From Candidatus Hydrogenedentota bacterium (GTDB taxonomy: Bacteria > Hydrogenedentota > Hydrogenedentia > Hydrogenedentales > JAEUWI01): 64,000 nt of DNA. The stretch spans positions 64,001 through 128,000 of the forward strand of contig JAXMOL010000014.1 of NCBI GenBank assembly GCA_034669905.1, in the 5' to 3' direction. Positions 18,586-27,250 of the stretch are shown in pieces; position 1 is the first letter of the stretch; every line of letters starts with the position of its first letter. A program made the position numbers and the translations under genes. The notes below the pieces were generated by a model. The model did no database searches and was not told where the DNA came from. It was given only the letters and a program-made list of their open reading frames with translations.

Positions 18586-19939
18586 AGGGGTCTTCCGCCC
18601 GCTTCAGCCAGACGGCCAATTGCCGCTGCAGCGTCTCCGTCTGCGTTGCATACGCCCCGTCCCCCAGGAGATTTTTCATCTGATAGGGATCCGCCTGGTT
18701 GTCGAACAGACACATGGGTCCCTCCGGACCTTCCGCATAGGTGTAGCGCGCCGTGCGCACGCCGCGAAAGATGGGGGCCGGATGCGCATTACCCTTGGAG
18801 GCATTGTCCTTCGCGATGTGCATGATGAACTGGGCGTCCCGTTCCGGTGGTATCTCCCCGTCCATTACCACGCCGCTATAATCCTTGCCCGCACACCCTT
18901 CCGGCACCGGAATCCCGGCCAGCCCGCATAAGGTGGGCACCATATCGATGGCACCGATGAGGGCGTCATGCTGCACGCCCTGGGGCACTTGCCCCGCTCC
19001 GTAGATAATCATGGGGATACGCACCGACTCTTCATACGGTTGACGCTTGCTTCCCACGGCATGGGACCCGTGCATACTGCCGTGGTCGGAGGTATAAACG
19101 ATGATGGTATTCTCCGCGGCACCCGCGCGCGCTACGGCCGCCAGGAGCCGGGCCAATTCATCATCCACCGCGCTGATGTGGGCGTGATAGCCTTCGTAGT
19201 GGGGCGATCCGTTCTTGGCAAAGACACTCCCTTCTTCCGCCTTGGGAAGGCGATAGTTGGGCCGAAAAGGCAAGGACCCCTCGGGGTAGAGGGCCAACTT
19301 CTCGGGCGGGGCATCGGTAAAATTGGAGTGGGGCGGATTGAGTGACAACATCAGAAAATGGGGCTGCTCCCCTTGGGCACCCATGAACGCCAGGGCCTGG
19401 TCGGTCATGAGTGTTGCGTTGTAGCCCTGGGGCGTCACCCCCTGTTCCCCATCTTTGAAATAGGTGCTCTTGTCATAGTGGGTGTTCGTGCCCGCCCAGA
19501 TGATGGAATGGTCGAAGCCGAAGGGACGTGCATCGTTGCCACTCCCCAGATGCCATTTCCCGATATAGCCCGTGCGATAGCCCGCCGCCTGAAAGGCCTT
19601 TCCCACCGTCGGCAATGCCGGGTCCAGGGGAATGTTATTGTCGATCACGCCCGTCTGAAAGGGCCAGCGGCCCGTCATCACAATCGCGCGGTAGGGCGAA
19701 CACACGGGGTAGTTACTCACACACTGGCGAAAGGAAAAGCCCTCAGCCGCCATGCGGTCCATGGTGGGGGTTTTCATCTGAGGCATTTCCGTGTGGCCCA
19801 TGGACTGATAGCGGTGCTCATCGGAAAAAACGAAAATGATGTTGGGCTTGTCCACACCGTGGGCCGCCCCGGGCAGTAGCGCAACGATGCTGACGATAAT
19901 TGCGCCAAGGAAGAGAGATATTTTTCGATAACACCACAT
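18563..19939 (-). CDS. Sulfatase with signal peptide
   Basis: PNIIFVFSDEHR, VCSPYRA, IGKWHL, TSDHG; 3' end overlaps the convergent esterase by 23 bp. Confidence 0.92.
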   Translation of the reverse strand: MWCYRKISLFLGAIIVSIVALLPGAAHGVDKPNIIFVFSDEHRYQSMGHTEMPQMKTPTMDRMAAEGFSFRQCVSNYPVCSPYRAIVMTGRWPFQTGVIDNNIPLDPALPTVGKAFQAAGYRTGYIGKWHLGSGNDARPFGFDHSIIWAGTNTHYDKSTYFKDGEQGVTPQGYNATLMTDQALAFMGAQGEQPHFLMLSLNPPHSNFTDAPPEKLALYPEGSLPFRPNYRLPKAEEGSVFAKNGSPHYEGYHAHISAVDDELARLLAAVARAGAAENTIIVYTSDHGSMHGSHAVGSKRQPYEESVRIPMIIYGAGQVPQGVQHDALIGAIDMVPTLCGLAGIPVPEGCAGKDYSGVVMDGEIPPERDAQFIMHIAKDNASKGNAHPAPIFRGVRTARYTYAEGPEGPMCLFDNQADPYQMKNLLGDGAYATQTETLQRQLAVWLKRAEDPFTSSANR

Positions 19940-20035
19940 GGTCCATTGCTCCTGGAGTTTACGTAGCGTGAATTAGAGGCTACAGTCTACGGTTTACGGG
20001 GTTACGCTGCAAACACGGGCGTGCGCCATTTGGTG

Positions 20036-20155
20036 CTACCACGGAAGACACCGAAATTCACGGAAAAGGATGCCGGGCTGGGTGCGCGCGCTGGCGGTCA
20101 GCGTGGTGGCTGGCGCCGCAATGGTTTCCGTGTACTTCCGTGTCTTCCGTGGTAG
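20036..20155. repeat. Inverted doublet family E (CTACCACGGAAGACAC...)
   Basis: Left arm CTACCACGGAAGACACCGAAATTCACGGAAA is the near reverse complement of right arm TTTCCGTGTACTTCCGTGTCTTCCGTGGTAG. Confidence 0.8.
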
Positions 20156-20479
20156 ATACGGGCTCGTTACACCGGTCCTCCGGTGTAACGCACTACCCTT
20201 CCGGTCCTCCGGGAGAGGCTCTGCGGAGTGCCCGGTGGGCCATCACCCCCCCCCAAACAGCGCAACCATTTCACCTGCGGCGAATTGCCGCAGTAGCGGC
20301 AAGGCAGGCATTCCCACGGGGGACCGTGGGAACGAGGGCTGAATGACCCCATTCCACAGGACCCATAAGCCCCATACGTCCCTTAAATACATACAAACGA
20401 TTCTTGGCAGCAACGCGCTCGATGGGGCATACTGGAAACCTCGTTTGTCCAATGAAAAATGCGCCAAGGAGACGTAGCC

Positions 20480-22735
20480 ATGAAGTGGTCCCCGAAAATC
20501 CTTTCCCTGTTGCTCTGCCTTGCCGCGTGCCACACGGCCACGGCGGGCCTGCTCATCCATGAGAACCCCCGCTGGGAGCCCATCGTTGACACGGTCTACC
20601 TCCAGGCCTTCTCGAAACGCATCCCATTTGACCAGCCCCTCAAGGCCGTCGCGGTCTATGACGGCAACGTCTATGCCGGTGGCCCCTCGGGACTCTATCG
20701 TGTCGGCGAGACAGACGTGCAACCCGTGTCAGGCTTCGAGGCCGCACCGGTCGATCTGCTGACCGTGGCCGATGGCAAGCTCTGGGTCCTTGGCGGTGGT
20801 GCACTCCAGCGCTACGACGGCGAAACCTGGGCCCCCATTGTTCTCGACCATGTCGTCGACCTCTGCGCTGACGGCAAGGCGGTCATCGTGGCCACCAACG
20901 CCGCCCTCTACCGCATGGCCGGCACCACCCCCGCGCGCCTGACGGAAGACACCCGGTCGCCCATCAAGGGCGTGGCCGCCTACAGTGGCACCTACTACAT
21001 TCACGATGGCACACGGATCGGCCTCATGGAAAACAGCGCCATCACCTTCGACTACCTTTCCGACTGGGGCTCCCTCCAACGGGGCAGCACCATCCGCGAT
21101 ATCCTCGGCCTGGGCAGCCGCCTTATCCTGGCGACCGACGAAGGCCTCGCTATCCTCCGGGGCATGACGTGGTATCCCATCCAGGGGGAAGACGGCCTTT
21201 GTGTAGAGGACACCACCACCCTCGCGGTGGGCTTTGACCGTGACCTCTGGATAGGCACCAACCGGGGCGCTATCCGCAACGTGCATGACGAATACCAGTA
21301 CTTCGGCAAGGGCCGCTGGGTTCCCCATGACCAGGTCAACGCCATCGCCTGCGGCGAAAACGTAACCTACATCGCCACCGAAGGCGGCCTGGGCGTGGTG
21401 ACCTACGAGCCCTTCACCCTCGCCAAGAAAGCGGCCTACTACGAACGCTGGATGAACGAATGGGGCCAGAAACGCCTCGGCTTCGTCCACTCCCTTAACC
21501 TCATTGACGGCGAATGGGTCCGGGAGGTGAGCGACAACGACGTGGGCTACAGCAGTCACTACATGGCGGCCAAGTGCTTTGAATACGCCGTAACGGGTTC
21601 AGAAGCCGCCCGGGCGGAAGCCCTCAACATGATGAAATCGGTGAAGTGGAGTGAAGAGATTACCCCCATCGACGGCTTCCCCGCCCGCTCCATCTACAAC
21701 GTGGGCGAACCCACCCTCAAAGCCATGCACGGCTCGGGTGGACTCCCCGCCGAATGGCATGCCACCCCCGATGGCGCCTGGGAGTGGAAAGGCGACACCT
21801 CCAGCGACGAGACGGACGCCCATATGTATGAAACCATGCTCTTCCTCCAGCTTGTCGCCAATGATGAGGAGCGGGTCTGGGCCACGGAGCACCTCCACCG
21901 CGTCTTCGGCCATATCGTAGACAACGGTTTCATGCTGAAAGATGTGGACGGAAAACCCACCCGCTGGGCGCGCTGGGACCCCGACTACCTCCAGACGCCC
22001 TATGGCTATTATGCCCGGGGACTCAACGGCATGGAGGCCTTCAACTACATGGTGACGGCCCTCCACTTTACAGGCGACAAGAAATTCTTCGACGGAAAAC
22101 AACAGCTACTCAACTGGAACTATCAGGCCGATATCCTGCGCCAGAAACTCACCTTTCATCCCGGTTTCTTCACCCACTTCGACGACCGCCTCGCCTTCTA
22201 CACCTATTACTCCCTCATCCAATATGAGACGGACCCCGAATTGAAGCGGCTCTGGCTCCGAAGCCTGGAGCGGAGCTGGGAAGTAAAACGCATTCAGGCC
22301 GTGCCGTGGTTTAACTTTATCTACGGCGGACTCACGGGCAACGATTGCGAAACCGATCGCGCCGTATCCCACCTCCGCGACTGGCCCATGGACCTGCGCC
22401 GACTGGATTTCACCAATTCTCACCGCGATGACCTCTTCACGCCGCCGGGCTACCGCATGTATGCCGAACGGCCCAAACCCCTCAGCCCCCGGGAAACGGA
22501 AGCCAATCGCTGGGACGGCGACTTCATGCGCCTGGACCGTCATCTCGGCGGACGGGTCGTGGCCGAGCCGGGTGGCTGGCTGGATGCCTATTGGATGGGG
22601 CGCTACTACGGCATGATTACGCCACCCCAGACCGATGACCCCGCCCTGACCACCGTGCCCGACCGGGGACTCCACGTGGGTGCCAAGCCCTACGCCGGCC
22701 CCCCACGGCCGAAACTGAAACATGAAATAGAGTAA
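20480..22735 (+). CDS. Secreted hypothetical protein: propeller-like N-terminal region plus probable alpha/alpha-barrel domain
   Basis: Signal peptide; LWIGT and YIATEGG propeller-type repeats; SDNDVGY, GFPARS, WKGDTSSDE, PTRWARW blocks. Confidence 0.7.
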   Translation: MKWSPKILSLLLCLAACHTATAGLLIHENPRWEPIVDTVYLQAFSKRIPFDQPLKAVAVYDGNVYAGGPSGLYRVGETDVQPVSGFEAAPVDLLTVADGKLWVLGGGALQRYDGETWAPIVLDHVVDLCADGKAVIVATNAALYRMAGTTPARLTEDTRSPIKGVAAYSGTYYIHDGTRIGLMENSAITFDYLSDWGSLQRGSTIRDILGLGSRLILATDEGLAILRGMTWYPIQGEDGLCVEDTTTLAVGFDRDLWIGTNRGAIRNVHDEYQYFGKGRWVPHDQVNAIACGENVTYIATEGGLGVVTYEPFTLAKKAAYYERWMNEWGQKRLGFVHSLNLIDGEWVREVSDNDVGYSSHYMAAKCFEYAVTGSEAARAEALNMMKSVKWSEEITPIDGFPARSIYNVGEPTLKAMHGSGGLPAEWHATPDGAWEWKGDTSSDETDAHMYETMLFLQLVANDEERVWATEHLHRVFGHIVDNGFMLKDVDGKPTRWARWDPDYLQTPYGYYARGLNGMEAFNYMVTALHFTGDKKFFDGKQQLLNWNYQADILRQKLTFHPGFFTHFDDRLAFYTYYSLIQYETDPELKRLWLRSLERSWEVKRIQAVPWFNFIYGGLTGNDCETDRAVSHLRDWPMDLRRLDFTNSHRDDLFTPPGYRMYAERPKPLSPRETEANRWDGDFMRLDRHLGGRVVAEPGGWLDAYWMGRYYGMITPPQTDDPALTTVPDRGLHVGAKPYAGPPRPKLKHEIE

Positions 22736-22770
22736 ATGGGACTGTCATCCAATTCGCGTCTGTTTCCATC

Positions 22771-22869
22771 AAAGGACCTAAAGGACCTAAAGGACCTAAA
22801 GGACCTAAAGGACGTAAAAGACCTAAAAGACGTATGCCCATAAGACCCATATGCCCCATAGGACCCATA
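22771..22869. repeat. 9-bp tandem array: (AAAGGACCT)x4, degenerate units, then CCCATAnGA-like units
   Basis: Read directly from the sequence; related arrays near 5584, 20354, 30418, 31797, 32050 and 59192. Confidence 0.9.
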
Positions 22870-22916
22870 TCGCTCATTTAACAGACCCCCTTTTCTGAGA
22901 TGGAGAAAAGCATCCC

Positions 22917-24299
22917 ATGAAAACGCTACGTTTAATCGCAACCACCCTGGCCCTCTTCGCCTGCGCCCTGACCCACGCCGCCGAAAAGCCCAACATCGTC
23001 GTCATCTTCTGCGACGACCTGGGCTATGGCGACCTCGGCGTCTTCGGCCACCCCACCATCCAGACGCCCCATCTCGACCGCATGGCCGCCGAAGGCCAGA
23101 AATGGACCAGTTTCTATGCCGCCGCGTCGGTCTGCACCCCAAGCCGTGCCGGACTCCTCACCGGCCGCCTCCCCGTGCGAAATGGCATGTGCAGCGACCA
23201 GCGACGGGTCCTCTTTCCCAACTCCACCGGCGGCATCCCGGAGAACGAAATTCTCGTTTCCGAATTGTTGAAGGCCCAGGGCTACCACACCGCCGCCGTC
23301 GGAAAGTGGCACCTCGGTCATCGACCCCAGTTCCTCCCGACCCGCCACGGTTTTGATTCCTATTTCGGTATCCCCTACAGCAACGACATGGACCGGAACC
23401 GCGGCGTAGAACACGGCACGGCCTTTGGCACGCCCGAGAGCCGCTATTTCGATGTGCCTCTCCTCCGCGACGAACAAGAAATCGAGCGACCGGCCGATCA
23501 GACGACCATCACCCGGCGTTACACCGACGAAGCGGTGCAGTTTATCCAGACCCACAAAGCCGGTCCCTTCTTCCTTTACCTGGCCCACTCCATGCCCCAC
23601 GTCCCCCTCTTTACTTCCCCCGAATTCAACGGCAAGAGCCGTCGGGGACGCTATGGCGATGTGATTGAAGAAATCGATCACAGCGTGGGACGTGTGCTGG
23701 AGACCCTGCGCACCGAGGGCCTCGATAAAAACACGCTGGTCCTCTTCACCTCCGACAATGGCCCCTGGCTCACCTATAAGCAACAGGGCGGCTCGGCGGG
23801 ACTTCTCCGGGGCGGCAAGGGCGGCACCTTCGAAGGCGGTATGCGGGTCCCCACGGTCTTCTGGTGGCCCGGCACCATTGCACCCGGTGTGGTATCCGAT
23901 ATGGGCTCCACGCTGGACCTGCTGGCCACGGTGGCCACACTGAGTGGTGCCACCCTCCCCACCGACCGCACCCTCGACAGCCTCGACCTCACTCCCGCCC
24001 TCCGGGGCACCGGGGCCAGTCCGCGTGACACCATGTTTTTCTACCGGGGCACCCAGGTCTTCGCCGTGCGGAAGGGCCCTTACAAGGCCCACTTCCAGAC
24101 CCGGGGCGAATATGGCGGGCCCAAACTCGTTCAACACGACCCACCGCTGCTCTACAATCTTGATCACGACCCCAGCGAGCAGTACAACGTGGCCAGCGAC
24201 AATCCAGAGGTCATAACAGCAATACGCGTCACCTTCGCTGCCCACAACAAGGCCCTGATTCGCGGCGAAGACCAACTGGTGGGGCGCACCGGGAAGTAA
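22917..24299 (+). CDS. Sulfatase (arylsulfatase A-like) with signal peptide
   Basis: PNIVVIFCDDLGYGDLG, CTPSRAGLLTGR, GKWHLG, GIPYSNDM, TSDNGP. Confidence 0.94.
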   Translation: MKTLRLIATTLALFACALTHAAEKPNIVVIFCDDLGYGDLGVFGHPTIQTPHLDRMAAEGQKWTSFYAAASVCTPSRAGLLTGRLPVRNGMCSDQRRVLFPNSTGGIPENEILVSELLKAQGYHTAAVGKWHLGHRPQFLPTRHGFDSYFGIPYSNDMDRNRGVEHGTAFGTPESRYFDVPLLRDEQEIERPADQTTITRRYTDEAVQFIQTHKAGPFFLYLAHSMPHVPLFTSPEFNGKSRRGRYGDVIEEIDHSVGRVLETLRTEGLDKNTLVLFTSDNGPWLTYKQQGGSAGLLRGGKGGTFEGGMRVPTVFWWPGTIAPGVVSDMGSTLDLLATVATLSGATLPTDRTLDSLDLTPALRGTGASPRDTMFFYRGTQVFAVRKGPYKAHFQTRGEYGGPKLVQHDPPLLYNLDHDPSEQYNVASDNPEVITAIRVTFAAHNKALIRGEDQLVGRTGK

Positions 24300-24438
24300 A
24301 TGATACGTTATTGTTTTTCATTCGTGTAAATTAGTGTTCATTCGTGGTTCAAGTTCTTCTGTTGCAGTAGCAAGCCATGCCACGCCCCATAGACACCCAC
24401 CAACACCAGGCCTTCACCCCAAGGGAACCGCCCATACC

Positions 24439-25635
24439 ATGCGACGTATTGTTTCACTTGCCGTCCTCTGTCTCTTCGCCGCGACGACCCAAGCCGATCC
24501 ACTTCACCTTTACCTCACCTACTCGGACGCGCCCGAGACCACCATCGACGTCAACATCATCACCGACCGCAAGACGGACCGGGTCCACGTGTTTTATGAT
24601 GTGGAAAGTCAGAACGGCGCCCAGTCGGAATATCGCCATGTCGTGGAAGCAAAATACCATCCCTCCCTCATGGAGATCGCCGATCGGCGCGCCCTCTATG
24701 TGGCGAAGCTCACGGATTTGAAACCCGGTGCTACCTACCACTTCGTCGCAGGCGACAAAACCTATGGCTTCAGCGGCGAGCGCAAATTCCACACCCTCCC
24801 GGGGGGCGATGCGCCCGTGCGCTTCGTCAATGGCGGTGACATGGGCATGGACAACCGCGCCATCGGCATCCTCAAGGAAGCCGCCAAACACGACCCCGAT
24901 TTTGCCGTCATCGGCGGCGACCTGGCCTATGCCGATGGCATGATTGCCAATGAAGATCTCTGGGACGCGTGGTTCGACAATTGGGACACCTTCATGCGGC
25001 GCAGCGACGGCGCCATGATTCCCCTCATCACCTGCATCGGTAACCACGAGGTCAACAAATTCGAGACCGACGACCCCAAATTGCGTTCGCCGTGGTATTT
25101 GCCCCTCTTCGGACGCCAGGGAGAGAAGGTCTATTACACCCGGAAGGTGGGCAACAACCTCGCTTTTGTGGTCTTGGACAGTGGCTATCTCAATCCCTTC
25201 GACGGAGAACAGGCCGCGTGGCTGGAGGCCACCCTGAAGGCCCACCAGGACACGCCCCACCGCTTCGCCGTCTATCACATGCCCCTCTACCCCGCCTTCA
25301 GCAACTACAACGGCGCCCGACAAACCCTCGCCCGCAAGACCTGGGGCCCCCTCTTCGACACCTACGGCGTCCGGGTCGCCTTTGAACACGACGACCACGT
25401 GGCCAAGCGCTCCAAACCCCTCAAGGGTGATGCCGTGGCAGAAACCGGCACGGTATACATTGGTGATGGCGCCTTCGGCCGGGAAAGCCGCAATGTCGAT
25501 CGCGAACTGCGCTGGTACAACGCCATGGAAGAAAGCGTCGTTCACTTCTGGCTCGTCGATGTCACCAAGGATTCCGTAAAACTCCAGGCCATCGACCGCA
25601 AGAGCCGCATCTTCGATTCCCTCACACTTCCGTAG
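24439..25635 (+). CDS. Purple acid phosphatase-like metallophosphoesterase with N-terminal Fn3-like domain
   Basis: GGDMG, GGDLAY, GNHE, YHMP, EHDDH metal-binding motifs; signal peptide. Confidence 0.87.
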   Translation: MRRIVSLAVLCLFAATTQADPLHLYLTYSDAPETTIDVNIITDRKTDRVHVFYDVESQNGAQSEYRHVVEAKYHPSLMEIADRRALYVAKLTDLKPGATYHFVAGDKTYGFSGERKFHTLPGGDAPVRFVNGGDMGMDNRAIGILKEAAKHDPDFAVIGGDLAYADGMIANEDLWDAWFDNWDTFMRRSDGAMIPLITCIGNHEVNKFETDDPKLRSPWYLPLFGRQGEKVYYTRKVGNNLAFVVLDSGYLNPFDGEQAAWLEATLKAHQDTPHRFAVYHMPLYPAFSNYNGARQTLARKTWGPLFDTYGVRVAFEHDDHVAKRSKPLKGDAVAETGTVYIGDGAFGRESRNVDRELRWYNAMEESVVHFWLVDVTKDSVKLQAIDRKSRIFDSLTLP

Positions 25636-25644
25636 GGGCGCAGC

Positions 25645-25749
25645 GGGGACTGCACCGACGTAGCAAACCAAAACCCACCACAGCCTACCCGTGGGCGAAC
25701 ACACCCATAACACCGTACACCAACAATCCCGGACGTCGGGGCTGTCCCC
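25645..25749. repeat. REP-like family A doublet
   Basis: GGGGACTGCACCGACG ... CGTCGGGGCTGTCCCC, same arms as 1611-1714. Confidence 0.8.
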
Positions 25750-25839
25750 CTATTCCCAACTTGCAACCCCTACCGTGCCACCGGTAGTCTCAAGGAAGTC
25801 TCACACCAACCACACACCACCCCGCAAGGAGCACCCACC

Positions 25840-26721
25840 ATGTCCAAACAACACATTGCCGTCATCGGCGGCGGCTTCATGGGGTCGGGCATCGCCCAGT
25901 TAGCGGCCACCACCGGCCACACCGTCACCCTCGTCGAACGCACGGAAGACGACGTCACCCATGCGCTCCGAAACATTGACTGGTCCCTCAACAAACTCTA
26001 CAGCAAAGAACTCATTACCCCCAGCCCCGAATCCGTCATGAAACGTATCACGACGGACACGCGGCTGAGCGCCGCAGGCGACGCCGATCTCGTCTTTGAG
26101 GCGGTCCCCGAAATCGTTGAAGTAAAACAGGATCTCTTCAAGGCCCTCGACGCCTGCTGTAAGCCCGACGCCTGTTTCGCCTCCAACACCTCCACCATCC
26201 CCATTCGCTTCCTCGCCGAAGCCACCAATCGCCCGGACAAGGTCGTCGGCACCCATTTCTTTTTCCCCGTCCCCATCAACCCCCTGCTGGAACTCATCCC
26301 CTCTCCCACGACCAGCGCCACGACCCTGACCAAGTTCCGCACCATCTGCGACGAATTCGGAAAGTTTATCGTCCACGTAAAAAAAGACGTGCCCGGCTTC
26401 ATCATGAACCGCGTTTTCGGCGCCATGACCTGCGAAGCCATTCGCCTCGTGCAAGATGGGGTCTGCGGTGTGGAAGACGTGGACAAAGGACTCACCACGG
26501 GCTACGGCATGATCCAGGGCCCCCTCGCCAAGGCCGACATGGCCGGACTCGACGTCTGCCTCCTGGCCTTTTCCCACGTCTACGAAATCGACCGCAACGA
26601 AGCCCTCCGCCCCCCGGAGCTCCTGGTCAAGCTGGTGGAAGAAGGACACCACGGCATCAAGACCGGCCGCGGCTTCTACCACTACGACAGCCACGGAAAA
26701 CCCACGGGCCCCGCGGTGTAG
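25840..26721 (+). CDS. 3-hydroxyacyl-CoA (3-hydroxybutyryl-CoA) dehydrogenase
   Basis: VIGGGFMGSGIA, EAVPE, ASNTSTI, GTHFF, PGFIMNR, GIKTGRGFY. Confidence 0.9.
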   Translation: MSKQHIAVIGGGFMGSGIAQLAATTGHTVTLVERTEDDVTHALRNIDWSLNKLYSKELITPSPESVMKRITTDTRLSAAGDADLVFEAVPEIVEVKQDLFKALDACCKPDACFASNTSTIPIRFLAEATNRPDKVVGTHFFFPVPINPLLELIPSPTTSATTLTKFRTICDEFGKFIVHVKKDVPGFIMNRVFGAMTCEAIRLVQDGVCGVEDVDKGLTTGYGMIQGPLAKADMAGLDVCLLAFSHVYEIDRNEALRPPELLVKLVEEGHHGIKTGRGFYHYDSHGKPTGPAV

Positions 26722-26790
26722 GAATTAATCAGAGGATGTCGGGGACCTGATGCTTTGATGTGCCATTGAAGACGTTTTTGCCCGCAATAT

Positions 26791-26998
26791 GGGCCGGACT
26801 TTCAGCCCTTATTTTAACGATAACCTTGATTTCCTGGGGCTTCGCCCCAGGCTGGTATGTCGCGCGCCTTTGGCGCTTCGGAAGTCGGCTCGGTTCCAGC
26901 CCGAAAAACTTTTGCAGGGCCAACGGCCCGGAAGCATATCAGCATGGGGCAACGCCCCATGTTTTGGGCGAATAAATCTGTTCAGGGCTGAAGGCCCG
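26791..26998. repeat. Inverted doublet family F (TTCAGCCCT...CCTGGGGCTTCGCCCCAGG / CATGGGGCAACGCCCCATG...AGGGCTGAA)
   Basis: Left and right halves are imperfect reverse complements, each with an internal hairpin. Confidence 0.75.
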
Positions 26999-27140
26999 TT
27001 GCATTGCCCTTCGCAGAGACACCGAAACAGGAGGGCGAAACGCGCTTTCGGTGATGGATACGCGGTACCACGCAAATGGCTACCAATCTGACTAAATCAG
27101 ACGACTATCGGCCCAAGGCTCACGGGGCCCCAGACAAAAC

Positions 27141-27219
27141 TCCCCTCCTCGGAGGGGCCGGGGGTGGGTCAAGTCACAAGACGGTCGCTGACCCACCCCT
27201 AACCCCTCCAGGGAGGGGA
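27141..27219. repeat. Inverted doublet family G (TCCCCTCC...GGAGGGG...GGGTGGGTC / GACCCACCCC...GGAGGGGA)
   Basis: Inverted arms visible; solo core TCCCCTCCTGGGAGGGGA near 35349. Confidence 0.75.
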
Positions 27220-27250
27220 ATCTCTTGGCACCTTGGTAGACGTCATCCCC

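Noticed and set aside
22771..22869. Possible CRISPR array here or at 60184-60841
   Set aside because: Units are contiguous 7- or 9-mers with no unique spacers, and no cas genes are present.
22617..22941. Minus-strand ORFs with GPL/SFR tripeptide repeats (collagen-like look)
   Set aside because: Products of the 9-bp DNA array; they overlap real genes on the opposite strand.
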